Made by a program: the position numbers and the translations under genes
Notes under the pieces: generated by a model
What the model saw: only the letters and a program-made list of their open reading frames with translations
What the model was told of the DNA's origin: nothing
Databases searched by the model: none
Origin: an uncultured delta proteobacterium
GTDB lineage: Bacteria > Myxococcota_A > UBA9160 > SMWR01
Reading direction: 5' to 3'
NCBI GenBank assembly: GCA_963832165.1
Contig: CAWHTE010000007.1
Span: forward strand, 576,001-640,000
Length of the DNA stretch: 64,000 nt
Part shown: positions 48,036 through 56,918 of the stretch, one piece after another
Position numbering within the stretch: position 1 is the stretch's first letter
Layout of the letters: every line of letters begins with the position of its first letter

Positions 48036-48154
48036 CGATACCCGCTCCCCGCCGGGTCAATCTTTCTAACCGCGGCGGGGACTTCCCGTCAACGACGATC
48101 GCGGGCGACCTGCCCGCACCTGGCCGGGAGCATGGCGGCTTTGGGCCGGGCCGG

Positions 48155-48172
48155 GTGTGAAGCGCTTCACAC
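48155..48172. promoter_or_regulatory. Perfect 18-bp palindrome (CRP consensus; also LacI-like)
   Basis: GTGTGAAGCGCTTCACAC = TGTGA-N6-TCACA. Confidence 0.65.
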
Positions 48173-48265
48173 TCTGCGGGACCTACCCGCGGCGCATGAT
48201 GAGGCGAGCTAACGTGCAGCAGGCGTAGGAAAGTGCGCCCCGTCCGCGCCCAACAGAGAGCCTCT

Positions 48266-51200
48266 TTGTCCGCGTCCCCGAGCCCCCCCGATGGCCCCCG
48301 CGCGCCCGGCTTCGTCGCGTTCTTCGTCGACCGGCCGATCTTCGCAGCCGTCGTCGCGATCCTGATCACGCTGGTCGGCGCGATCTCGTTTCCGCAGCTG
48401 AAGGTCTCGCAGTTCCCGCCGATCGCGCCGCCCACCGTCTTCGTCTCGGCCAGCTACACGGGCGCCTCCGCGGACGTGGTGGAGCGCACGATCACGCTGC
48501 CGATCGAAGAGCAGGTGAACGGCACCGAGGGCATGCTCTATCTGTCGTCGACGAGCGCGAACGACGGCCAGATGAGCATGTTCGTCACGTTCGAGCTCGG
48601 GCGCGACCCCGATCTGGCCGCCGTCAACGTGAACAACCGCGTCGCGGTCGCCCTGCCGCGCCTGCCCGAGGAGGTTCGCCGGCTCGGCGTCACCGTGCGC
48701 AAGCAGGCGCCCGAGCTCACGCTGGTGGCCAATCTGCTCTCGCCGGACGGCTCGCGCGACTCGCTCTTCCTCTCCAACTTCGCGCTGATCAACGTGCTCG
48801 ATTCGCTCAAGCGCGTGCCCGGCGTCGGCGACGTCAACATCTTCGGCGAGCGGCGCTATGCGATGCGCATCTGGCTCGATCCCGAGCGGCTCGCCACGCT
48901 CGGGCTCGCGGCGTCCGACGTGATCGACGCGGTGCGCGAGCAGAACGTGCAGGTCGCCGCGGGCCGCGCCGGAGCGCCGCCGTCGCCCGCCGGCGTTCAG
49001 CTCGAGATTCCGCTGCGAACGAAGGGGCGCCTCTCCACGGTCGAGGAGTTCGAGCAGATCGTGATCCGCGCCGAGCCGGGCGGGTCGCTGCTGCATCTCG
49101 GAGACGTGGCGCGCGTCGAGCTCGGCGCGCAGAGCTATGCCGGATTCGCGCGCCTCACCGGCGAGCCCTCCACCACGCTCGGCGTGTTCCAGCTCCCCGA
49201 GGCCAACGCGCTCGAGGTGTCGCGTGGCGTGCGCGCGGAGCTCGCGCGTCTGGCGGAGAGCTTCCCGTCCGGGATCGAGCAGATGGTCCGCTACGACCCC
49301 ACGCAATTCGTTTCCGAGTCGATCTCCGAGGTGATGACCACGCTGTTCGTGGCGATCGCCCTCGTGTTCCTGGTCGTCTACGTGTTCCTCGAGGATTGGC
49401 GTGCCACGCTGATCCCCGCCGTCACGATCCCGGTGTCGCTGATCGGCACGTTCGCGGTGCTCTACGCGATCGGCTTCGGGATCAATACTGATCACGCTGT
49501 TCGCGATCGTGCTCGCGATCGGGCTCGTGGTGGACGACGCGATCGTGGTGGTCGAGAACGTGTCGCGGCTGCTCTCCGAGGGCTATCCGCGCCGCGAGGC
49601 GGTGCTGCGCTCGATGGGCGAGGTGACGAGCGCGATCGTCGCGGCCACGCTCGTGCTCGGCGCCGTGTTCGCGCCCGTGGCGCTGTTGCCCGGGACCACG
49701 GGGCAGCTGCTGCGCAACTTCGGCGTGACGGTCACCGTCGCCGTGCTGATCTCGCTGCTCAACGCGCTCACGCTCTCACCGGCGCTGTGCGCGCTCGTGA
49801 TGCGGCCCGAGCGCGAGCACAAGCCGGCGTTCTTCCGCGTCTTCGACCGCGGCTTCTCCGCGGTGGTCGAGCGCTACGACCGCAGCGTGCGCGCGCTCTT
49901 TCCGCGCCGCGCGCTCGTGCTCGGCGTACTCGCCGTGCTGTTCGTCGCGACCATCCTGTTGTTCCGGTGCGGTGCCCACGGGCTTCATCCCGGATGAAGA
50001 CCAGGGATACTTCATCACGAGCTTCCAGCTCCCCGACGGCGCCTCGCTCGAGCGCACCGATGCGGTCGCGCGCCAGGTGGAGCGCATCCTCTCGGATACG
50101 CCGGGCGTGATCGGGTTCAACCTGTACGGCGGATTCGACGCGCTGACGGGCACCTCCCCGCCGAACTTCGGCTCGGCGTTCGTCACGCTGGCACCCTGGG
50201 ACGAGCGCACCGAGAAGGGGCAGGGGATCGACGCGGTGTTCGCGCACGTGCGGCCGAAGCTCGCCGCGATTCCGGGCGCGCGCGCGTTCGCGCTCAACCC
50301 TTCGCCGCTGCGCGGGCTCTCGCGCGTCGGCGGCTTCGAGTTCCAGCTCCAGGACAAGGGCGGCGGGACGCTCGAGGAGCTCGCCGCCGCGACGCAGCGC
50401 CTGATCGAAGAGGCCGAGCGCGCCCCCGAGCTCCAGAATCTGCTCACGGGGTTCCGCCCCTATGCACCGCAGGTTCGCGTCGACCTCGACCGCCCCAAGG
50501 CCAAGACGCTCGGCGTGCAGGTGGACGAGGTGTTCGAGACCCTCCAGGTGTTCATGGGCGGCACCTACATCAACGACTTCGACCGCTTCGGCCGGCTGTT
50601 CCGCGTCTATGCCCAGGCCGAGGGCGACCTGCGCACGAGCCCCGAGGACGTGAAGCGCCTCTGGGTGCGCTCGGAGCGCGGCGAGATGGTGCCGATGTCC
50701 ACGCTGGTCTCGCTCGAGCGGATCTCCGGGCCGCGCGACATCCCGCACTACAACGTGTACCGCTCCGCGCGGATCCAGGGCGAGGCGGCGCCGGGCTACA
50801 GCTCCGGTCAGGCGCTCGACAAGATGGAGGAGATCGCGCGCGAGGTGCTGCCGACCACGATGTCCTTCGAATGGACCGGCACCGCGTACCAGGAACGCCA
50901 GGCCGGCAACGAGGCGCGCGTGATCCTCGCGCTCTCGCTGCTCGCGGTGTTCCTGTTCCTCGCGGCGCAGTACGAGAGCTGGAGCCTGCCGTTCGCGATC
51001 CTGCTCGTGGTGCCGCTCGCGTTCGTGGGCGCGCTCGGCGCGCAGGCGCTGCGCGGCCTCGCGAACGACATCTACTGCCAGATCGGGCTCGTGACGCTGA
51101 TCGGGCTCGCGTCGCAAGAACTCGATCCTGATCGTCGAGTTCGCGAAGCGGCGCCACGCGGAGGGCCTGTCGCTCGTGGACGCCGCGCGCGAGGCCGCGG

Positions 51201-51448
51201 AGATCCGGCTGCGCCCGGTCGTGATGACGGCTTTCGCGTTCATTCTCGGCGTATTGCCTCTGGTGGTCGCGAGCGGGGCCGGCGCCGCGGCGCGCCGCTC
51301 GCTCGGGACCACCGTGTTCGGCGGAATGCTCGTGGCGACCCTACTCTCGTTGGTCCTGGTGCCCGCCCTGTTCGTGATCGTGCAGGGAGCGGCTGAGTGG
51401 GTGGGGCGCCGGCTGCGCGGCGTGCCCGCGCAGAGAGGAGAGGCATGA
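48266..51448 (+). CDS. RND efflux permease (HAE1 family), about 3 frameshifts
   Basis: FFVDRPIFA, QFPPIAPP, YAMRIWLDP, IGLVVDDAIVVVEN, GFIPDEDQG, LAAQYESW, KNSILIVEFA, RLRPVVMT. Confidence 0.92.
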
Positions 51449-52638
51449 AGACGGCGCGTGATCGCCTGGGCTGCACCGCTGGCCGCACTCTTCGCGGCGC
51501 AGGGTTGGCTCGCCTGCGGCAGCGGCGACGCGGGCGGCCCGCCCGCGCCCGAGGTGGTCGTGGCGACCGCGCGCAAGGGCTCGGTGCCCGACCGGCGCGA
51601 GTACGCCGGCAACGTGCGCGCGGTGAACGCGGTCGAAGTGCGCGCGCGCGTGCGCGGCTATCTGGTCGAGCAGCGGTTCGAAGACGGGCACATGGTCAAA
51701 GAGGGCGACGTGCTGTTCCGGATCGATCCGAGCACCTATCAGGTGGCGCTGTCCGAGGCGAGGGGCGAGCTCGAGCAGGCGCGCGCCAACGCCGAGCGCG
51801 CGCGGCGCGAGTTCGCGCGCGCGGAGCAGCTCGTGAAGGACGACGTGGCGAGCGTCGCGGTGCTCGACTCGCGGCGCGCCGAGCGCGACGCCGCCGAAGC
51901 CAGGATCGCGAGTGAGCAGGCGCGCGTGAAAGCGGCCGATCTCGACCTCTCCTACACCCAGGTGCTCGCGCCGATCGCGGGCCGGATCGGGCGCGCGCTC
52001 GTCGACGTCGGCAACCTGGTCGGCGAATCGGGTCAGGACACCGTGCTCGCGCAGATCGTGCAGATCGATCCGATCCACGTCGATTTCGCGCCGACCGAGC
52101 GCGATCGCCTCAGCGTGCTGCAGCGACATCGCGACGGGTCGCTTCCCCGCGGACAACGAAGGCGTGCCCGTGGAGATCGTGCGCGGCGACGGCACGCCCT
52201 ATCCGCACAAGGGCGCGATCGACTACGTCGACCCGACGATCGAGCCCACGCGCGGCACCGTGGCCGTGCGCGCGCGCGTGCCGAACCCCGACGGGAATCT
52301 CAAGCCCGGCGAGTTCGTGCGCGTGATCGTGATCCGCCCCGACGTGCGCGACGCCGTGCTCGTGCCGCAGCGCGCGGTGCAGGAGCAGCAGGGCGGCAGC
52401 TATCGTGCTCGTGGTGACGGGCGACGGCACGGTCGAATCGCGCGTGGTCACGGTGGGGCCGTCGCACGACGGCCTGCAGCAGATCACGAAAGGGGTCGCG
52501 GCCGGCGAGCGCGTGGTGGTCGACGGCGTGCAGAAGGCGCGCCCGGGGCAGAAGGTGGCCGCGCGCGACATGGACGCGAGCGGAGTGGCGGCGCAGAAGG
52601 AAGAGCCCGCGAAGCCGAAGGATTCGGACGGCGCCTGA
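51445..52638 (+). CDS. RND periplasmic adaptor (MFP), about 3 frameshifts
   Basis: Lipobox WLAC, VEVRARVRG, LSYTQVLAPIAGRIG, NPDGNLKPG, VVVDGVQK; ATGA overlap with the permease. Confidence 0.9.
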
Positions 52639-52645
52639 CGCGCGG

Positions 52646-52661
52646 GGCTGATCCGCCCTAC
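52646..52661 (-). repeat. Partial GTAG REP type B
   Basis: GGCTGATCCGCCCTAC. Confidence 0.5.
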
Positions 52662-54127
52662 GCCGATCGCATCAACGCGCGCTGGCCGCCGCGGAAGTGG
52701 TGGACTCGGAAGCCCTCGCGGCGCATGTGGTCGGCGAGCTGCGCCGAGAGCAGGCCGTACTCGCACACGACCACGTAGCGCTGCGTGCGATCGAAGCTCG
52801 GCCACGCCGCGAGCGCGCTCGCGAAGTCGAGGTGGAGCGCCTTCGTGTGGTGACCGCTGCGGTACTGCTCGATCGGGCGCAGGTCGATCAGCACGGCATC
52901 CTCGGGCAGCGCCTCGACCGCGAGCTCCGCGTCGTCGAAGGCTTTCGGGTCGAGCGCCCGCAGATCGAACGACGTGCGCGCGGCGAGCGCGTCGCGCAGC
53001 GGATCGTCGGGGAGCCGCGCCTCCTCGGCCAACACCGCGTCGAGCCGCGCCTGCGTGGCGGGCTTGCTCGGCACGAGCGCGCAGTATTCGCCGACCGATT
53101 CCGAGAGCTCGTAGGTGCCGATCGCGCGCGCGCGGGCGAGGATCTCCGACTTGTCGAAGCCGACGAGCGGCCGCAGCACTGCGAGCGGCGTGGCGCGCGA
53201 CACGACGGCCAGGTTCGGCAGCGTCTGCGACGACACCTGCCCCACCGAGTCGCCCGTCACGATCGCCGATGCGCCGATCTCCTCGGCTACCGCCTCGGCC
53301 GCGCGCAGCATCTGACGCTTGAGCAGGATCTGCCAGTAACGCTTCGTCGTGTAGGCGCGCAGCGCCTCCGCGACCGGCTCGAAGTCGATCGCGTACAGGC
53401 GCGGACGCGATCCGTAGGACCAGTGCTCCGCGAGATGGATGGCCACGCGCATCACTTCGCGCAGGTGTGCGGCGCCGCCGAGATTGCAGAACACGAGATC
53501 GCATTCGACGCCGCGCTTCTGCATCTGCCAGGTCGCCACCGCGGAGTCGAAGCCGCCCGAGAACAGCGAGACCGCGCGGCCCTCGACGCCCAGCGGCAGA
53601 CCTCCCGGGCCCTGCGCGCGCTCGGTGAAGAACGACGTGGCGCGCTCCGTGAGCTCGAGGCGCACCGTCACCTCGGGGTTGTCGAGGTCGACGCCGGCTG
53701 CGTGCGGGAGCAGCGCCGCGCCGAGCTGGCGCTCCACTTCGCTCGCGCTCGCGGTGCTGGCCTCGCGGCGGCCGACGCGCCGCGCGCGCACGGCGAAGTG
53801 CCGGCCGCGCACGGCGTCCGCGAACAGCGCGGCGCCCATGCGCACGAGGTCGGGCAGCGCCGTGATCGCGTGGCGTTCGACGAGCGACAGCGACGACACG
53901 CCGAACACGCGCGCGAGCGGGTGACCTTCGAGGAGCGTGTGCGCGGGCAGCGAGGCGTACAGGCGGTCGTGCGAGATCTCGAGGTGGGGCGGCAGCCCCG
54001 AGCTCACGAGTGCGTCGCGCAGGTTCTGCACGAGCCGCTTGCGGAACTGCATGCGGGTCGGACGCGCCTTGATCCCGATCTCGCCCGACAGGCGCAGCAG
54101 CGCGAGCCGCGGAGTCTGCTCACCCAT
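52658..54127 (-). CDS. thiI: tRNA 4-thiouridine sulfurtransferase with rhodanese domain
   Basis: GEIGIK, THUMP, GPGGLPLG, SGGFDS PP-loop, TGDSVGQVSSQTL, RPLVG, EYC, C-terminal VCEYGLLS. Confidence 0.93.
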   Translation of the reverse strand: MGEQTPRLALLRLSGEIGIKARPTRMQFRKRLVQNLRDALVSSGLPPHLEISHDRLYASLPAHTLLEGHPLARVFGVSSLSLVERHAITALPDLVRMGAALFADAVRGRHFAVRARRVGRREASTASASEVERQLGAALLPHAAGVDLDNPEVTVRLELTERATSFFTERAQGPGGLPLGVEGRAVSLFSGGFDSAVATWQMQKRGVECDLVFCNLGGAAHLREVMRVAIHLAEHWSYGSRPRLYAIDFEPVAEALRAYTTKRYWQILLKRQMLRAAEAVAEEIGASAIVTGDSVGQVSSQTLPNLAVVSRATPLAVLRPLVGFDKSEILARARAIGTYELSESVGEYCALVPSKPATQARLDAVLAEEARLPDDPLRDALAARTSFDLRALDPKAFDDAELAVEALPEDAVLIDLRPIEQYRSGHHTKALHLDFASALAAWPSFDRTQRYVVVCEYGLLSAQLADHMRREGFRVHHFRGGQRALMRSA

Positions 54128-54136
54128 CCGCCAACC

Positions 54137-54421
54137 CTAACTGCGGCCGCAGACGTTCGAGAGCACCGCGGAGAGCGCCACGAGACCCCAGAGCGCGAGG
54201 CCGCCGAAGCGCCGCAACATCAGTGCGGGCCCGTCTTCGGCGTCTTCGCCGGCCGGAACCGGCATCCCCGGCGCGACGGGAGACCCGACGCCCGCGCGCT
54301 CGCCACTCGCGGACAGCGGGCCGCCGCAGTGCAGGCAGCGGCGCGCCTCCGTGGGGAAGGTGACGCGGCAGCGGAAGCAGTAGACCTCGAACGGGGTCAG
54401 GGCGCCTTCGACTCGCTCCAT
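54137..54421 (-). CDS. Small zinc-ribbon membrane protein
   Basis: CFRC...CLHCGG and a C-terminal hydrophobic helix. Confidence 0.65.
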   Translation of the reverse strand: MERVEGALTPFEVYCFRCRVTFPTEARRCLHCGGPLSASGERAGVGSPVAPGMPVPAGEDAEDGPALMLRRFGGLALWGLVALSAVLSNVCGRS

Positions 54422-54438
54422 CGCCGACGATGGTACCT

Positions 54439-54481
54439 GAGCCGCGGAAGGCGGGATCCGCCTTCGGCTCCTCCCGCCCAC
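54439..54481 (-). repeat. REP type A (GTGG variant end)
   Basis: 41 nt identical to the 34291 copy. Confidence 0.85.
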
Positions 54482-54487
54482 GAGGTC

Positions 54488-54892
54488 CTACGAGCCGGCG
54501 AGCTCGTCCGCGGCGACCGCCTCGAAGCTCGCGAGGTCCGGGAACCAGAGCGTGGCGGTGCCGTCGTCGGCGAGGCGCTTGATCGAGGGCCGCGCGCGTT
54601 CGCCGAGCGCCGCGGCGATCACCTTCGCGACCTCGGCCGCGGCTTCGCCGGGCTCGGCGTCGAGACGCAGCGCTACGCGTCTGCCCCGACTCGCTTGTGC
54701 GAGCAGGTCGAACACGATCGTGCGCACGCCTTCGGGCTCGCCGACCTCCGCGGCCAGCGCGCCCAGCACGTCGCGCCACTGCAAGAGCTCGCGGCAAAGG
54801 GCCGGCCCGTGCTCGACGCCCGCACTCGAGACGCGCGGCTCTTCGAGCAGCTGGAGTCGGTATGCCAGGGGCGTGGACACGTGCTCCTGCAT
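54488..54892 (-). CDS. Hypothetical protein (134 aa)
   Basis: Fills the gap; contains EPEGVRTIVFDL and SIKRLADDG segments; no family recognised. Confidence 0.55.
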   Translation of the reverse strand: MQEHVSTPLAYRLQLLEEPRVSSAGVEHGPALCRELLQWRDVLGALAAEVGEPEGVRTIVFDLLAQASRGRRVALRLDAEPGEAAAEVAKVIAAALGERARPSIKRLADDGTATLWFPDLASFEAVAADELAGS

Positions 54893-55033
54893 ACAGATTG
54901 CATCGGCAAGAACCGGCCCGGAGTTGATGCACAGATGGCTCGAAAGCGCCGGATTCGCTACTCCAGAACGCTCCTTTGGATTTGCGGGAACCCCGCAAAA
55001 CCCACCCTACCGATCACCCCGAGCAGGTCCCTC

Positions 55034-56122
55034 ATGCCCGATACCCCGCGCCGTCGTGTCGCGGTCGTCGGCGCCACCGGCGTCGCCGGCCAGCAGTTCC
55101 TGGTCGCCCTCGAGAACCACCCCTGGTTCGAGGTGACGACGCTCGCGGCGAGCGCACAGAGCGCGGGCAAGAGCTATCGCGAGGCGATCACCGAGGCGAG
55201 CGGACAGCTGCGCTGGAGCTGTGAGGAGAGCCTGCCCGCGTCGTTCGCGGATCGCCGCGTCGTGAACGCGGCCGACCTCGACGTGTCGGGCGTGGACCTG
55301 GTGTTCTCCGCGGTCGAGAGCGGCGCCGCGAGAGCGCTCGAAGAGCGCTATGCGCCGCACGTGCCCGTGGTGTCGACCTCGTCGGCGTTCCGCTACGAGG
55401 ACGACGTACCGATCATGGTTCCGGGCGTGAACCTCGAGCACGCGGTGCTCGTGAAGCGCCAGCAGCGCGAGCGCGCCTGGAAGGGCTTCGTGGTACCGAT
55501 CCCGAACTGCACCGCGACCGGCCTCGTCGTGGCGCTCGCGCCGCTCGCGCGCCACTTCGGCCTGCAGTCGGTGATCATGACCTCGATGCAGGCGCTCTCG
55601 GGCGCCGGTCGCGCTCCGGGCGTCCACAGCATGGACATCCTCGACAACGTGATCCCGTACATCGCGAAGGAAGAGGAGAAGGTCCAGACCGAGACCTCGA
55701 AGATCCTCGGCCGGCTGTCGGGCGACCGCGTGGAGCCGCTCGACCTGCCCGTGTCGGCGCACTGCAATCGCGTGAACGTGCGCGACGGGCATACCGAATG
55801 CGTGAGCGCAGGGCTCGGGCGCCGCGCCGACCCCGCGGAGGTCGTGGAGGTGATGCGCTCGTTCGGCCGCGAGTTCACCGATCTGGGCCTGCCTTCGGCG
55901 CCGCCCGAGTTGATCGCGGTGAGCGACGACCCGTACCGGCCGCAGCCGCGCATCGACCGCTACCGGAACAACGGCATGACCACAGTGGTGGGGCGGGTTC
56001 GACCCGACCCCGTTCTACCGAACGGGATCAAGTTCGTATTGCTCTCCCACAACACCAAGCTGGGGGCCGCGAAGGGGGCGTGCCTCGTGGCGGAATATCT
56101 GGTCCAGCAGGGACTCGCTTAG
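55034..56122 (+). CDS. asd: Aspartate-semialdehyde dehydrogenase (archaeal/fungal-like clade)
   Basis: GATGVAGQQF...HPWFE...AS..SAGKSY, PNCT, QALSGAG, DNVIPYI.KEEEK, CNRV...GH, PQPR.DR, HNTKLGAA. Confidence 0.93.
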   Translation: MPDTPRRRVAVVGATGVAGQQFLVALENHPWFEVTTLAASAQSAGKSYREAITEASGQLRWSCEESLPASFADRRVVNAADLDVSGVDLVFSAVESGAARALEERYAPHVPVVSTSSAFRYEDDVPIMVPGVNLEHAVLVKRQQRERAWKGFVVPIPNCTATGLVVALAPLARHFGLQSVIMTSMQALSGAGRAPGVHSMDILDNVIPYIAKEEEKVQTETSKILGRLSGDRVEPLDLPVSAHCNRVNVRDGHTECVSAGLGRRADPAEVVEVMRSFGREFTDLGLPSAPPELIAVSDDPYRPQPRIDRYRNNGMTTVVGRVRPDPVLPNGIKFVLLSHNTKLGAAKGACLVAEYLVQQGLA

Positions 56123-56281
56123 GAGCGCGCGGGGGGTGCGAAAACCCGCGAAAACTCTTGCCTCGGGGGTGGGAACTCGCCATTGTATGCGCGGCGCCGG
56201 GGGGTGCCGATGTCGCATTGTCGGCCCCCAATCGTGCGGGACGCTTCCACAATTTTTGAATCTGTCCCTTCCCAGGAGGAG

Positions 56282-56788
56282 ATGATGACCGTTCGAAATT
56301 TCTCACGTCTCGTCGGCGTGCTGGCGCTCTCGGTAGCGGCAAGCGCCTGGATGGGATGCAGCTCGACCCCGGAGAACGAGGGCGAGGGCACTGATACGGG
56401 CAGCGAGTTCCGCGAGGCGCCGACGCCCGAGGGGTCGGGCATGGAGGGGTCGGGCAAGCTGGCCGGCTTCCAGACCGTGTACTTCGACTACGACAGCGCG
56501 GAGATCCGCGAAGATTCGCGCGGAGGGCTGCGCCAGAACGCCGACAAGCTCAACGCGGGCAACCTCGGCGTCGTGACGGTCGAAGGCCACTGCGACGAGC
56601 GCGGCAGCACCGAGTACAACCTCGCGCTCGGCGAGCGCCGTGCGAACGCGGTGAAGCGATATCTCGTCGACCTCGGCGTGCCGTCGAACAATCTGCGCAC
56701 GGTGAGCTTCGGCGAAGAGCGCCCGGCTGTGCAGGGCCACGATGAGTCGGCCTGGCGCTACAACCGCCGCGGCGATTTCGTCAAATAA
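56282..56788 (+). CDS. pal: Peptidoglycan-associated lipoprotein
   Basis: Lipobox WMGC, VYFDYD, EGHCDERGSTEYNLALGERRA, SFGEERP, NRR. Confidence 0.93.
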   Translation: MMTVRNFSRLVGVLALSVAASAWMGCSSTPENEGEGTDTGSEFREAPTPEGSGMEGSGKLAGFQTVYFDYDSAEIREDSRGGLRQNADKLNAGNLGVVTVEGHCDERGSTEYNLALGERRANAVKRYLVDLGVPSNNLRTVSFGEERPAVQGHDESAWRYNRRGDFVK

Positions 56789-56812
56789 GACCCGCTAACG
56801 ACACTGTTCGCT

Positions 56813-56852
56813 GACGGGGGCTGCGCTCACGCGCAGCCCCCGTCGTCTATTT
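56813..56852 (+). terminator. Terminator-like hairpin after pal
   Basis: 14-bp stem GACGGGGGCTGCGC/GCGCAGCCCCCGTC with a weak U tail (GTCTATTT). Confidence 0.65.
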
Positions 56853-56918
56853 AGCCGGGTTTGACCGCCTCGTCTGCGCGGTGATACCGTCGAGAACCCT
56901 TTCTCGACGAGGTATTCC

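Noticed and set aside
34291..54481. Repeated ~40-nt palindromic sequence as a CRISPR repeat
   Set aside because: Copies are dispersed kilobases apart in both orientations with no spacer array or cas genes; they fit REPs
54900..54925. Possible sigma54 promoter on the minus strand (CCGGGCCGGTTCTTGC)
   Set aside because: Only the GG-N10-GC core matches; it lacks TGGCAC and is expected by chance at this GC content
52697..55033. 779-aa N-terminal extension on asd in the ORF track
   Set aside because: Antisense to thiI and two small genes; Asd motifs begin at ATG 55034
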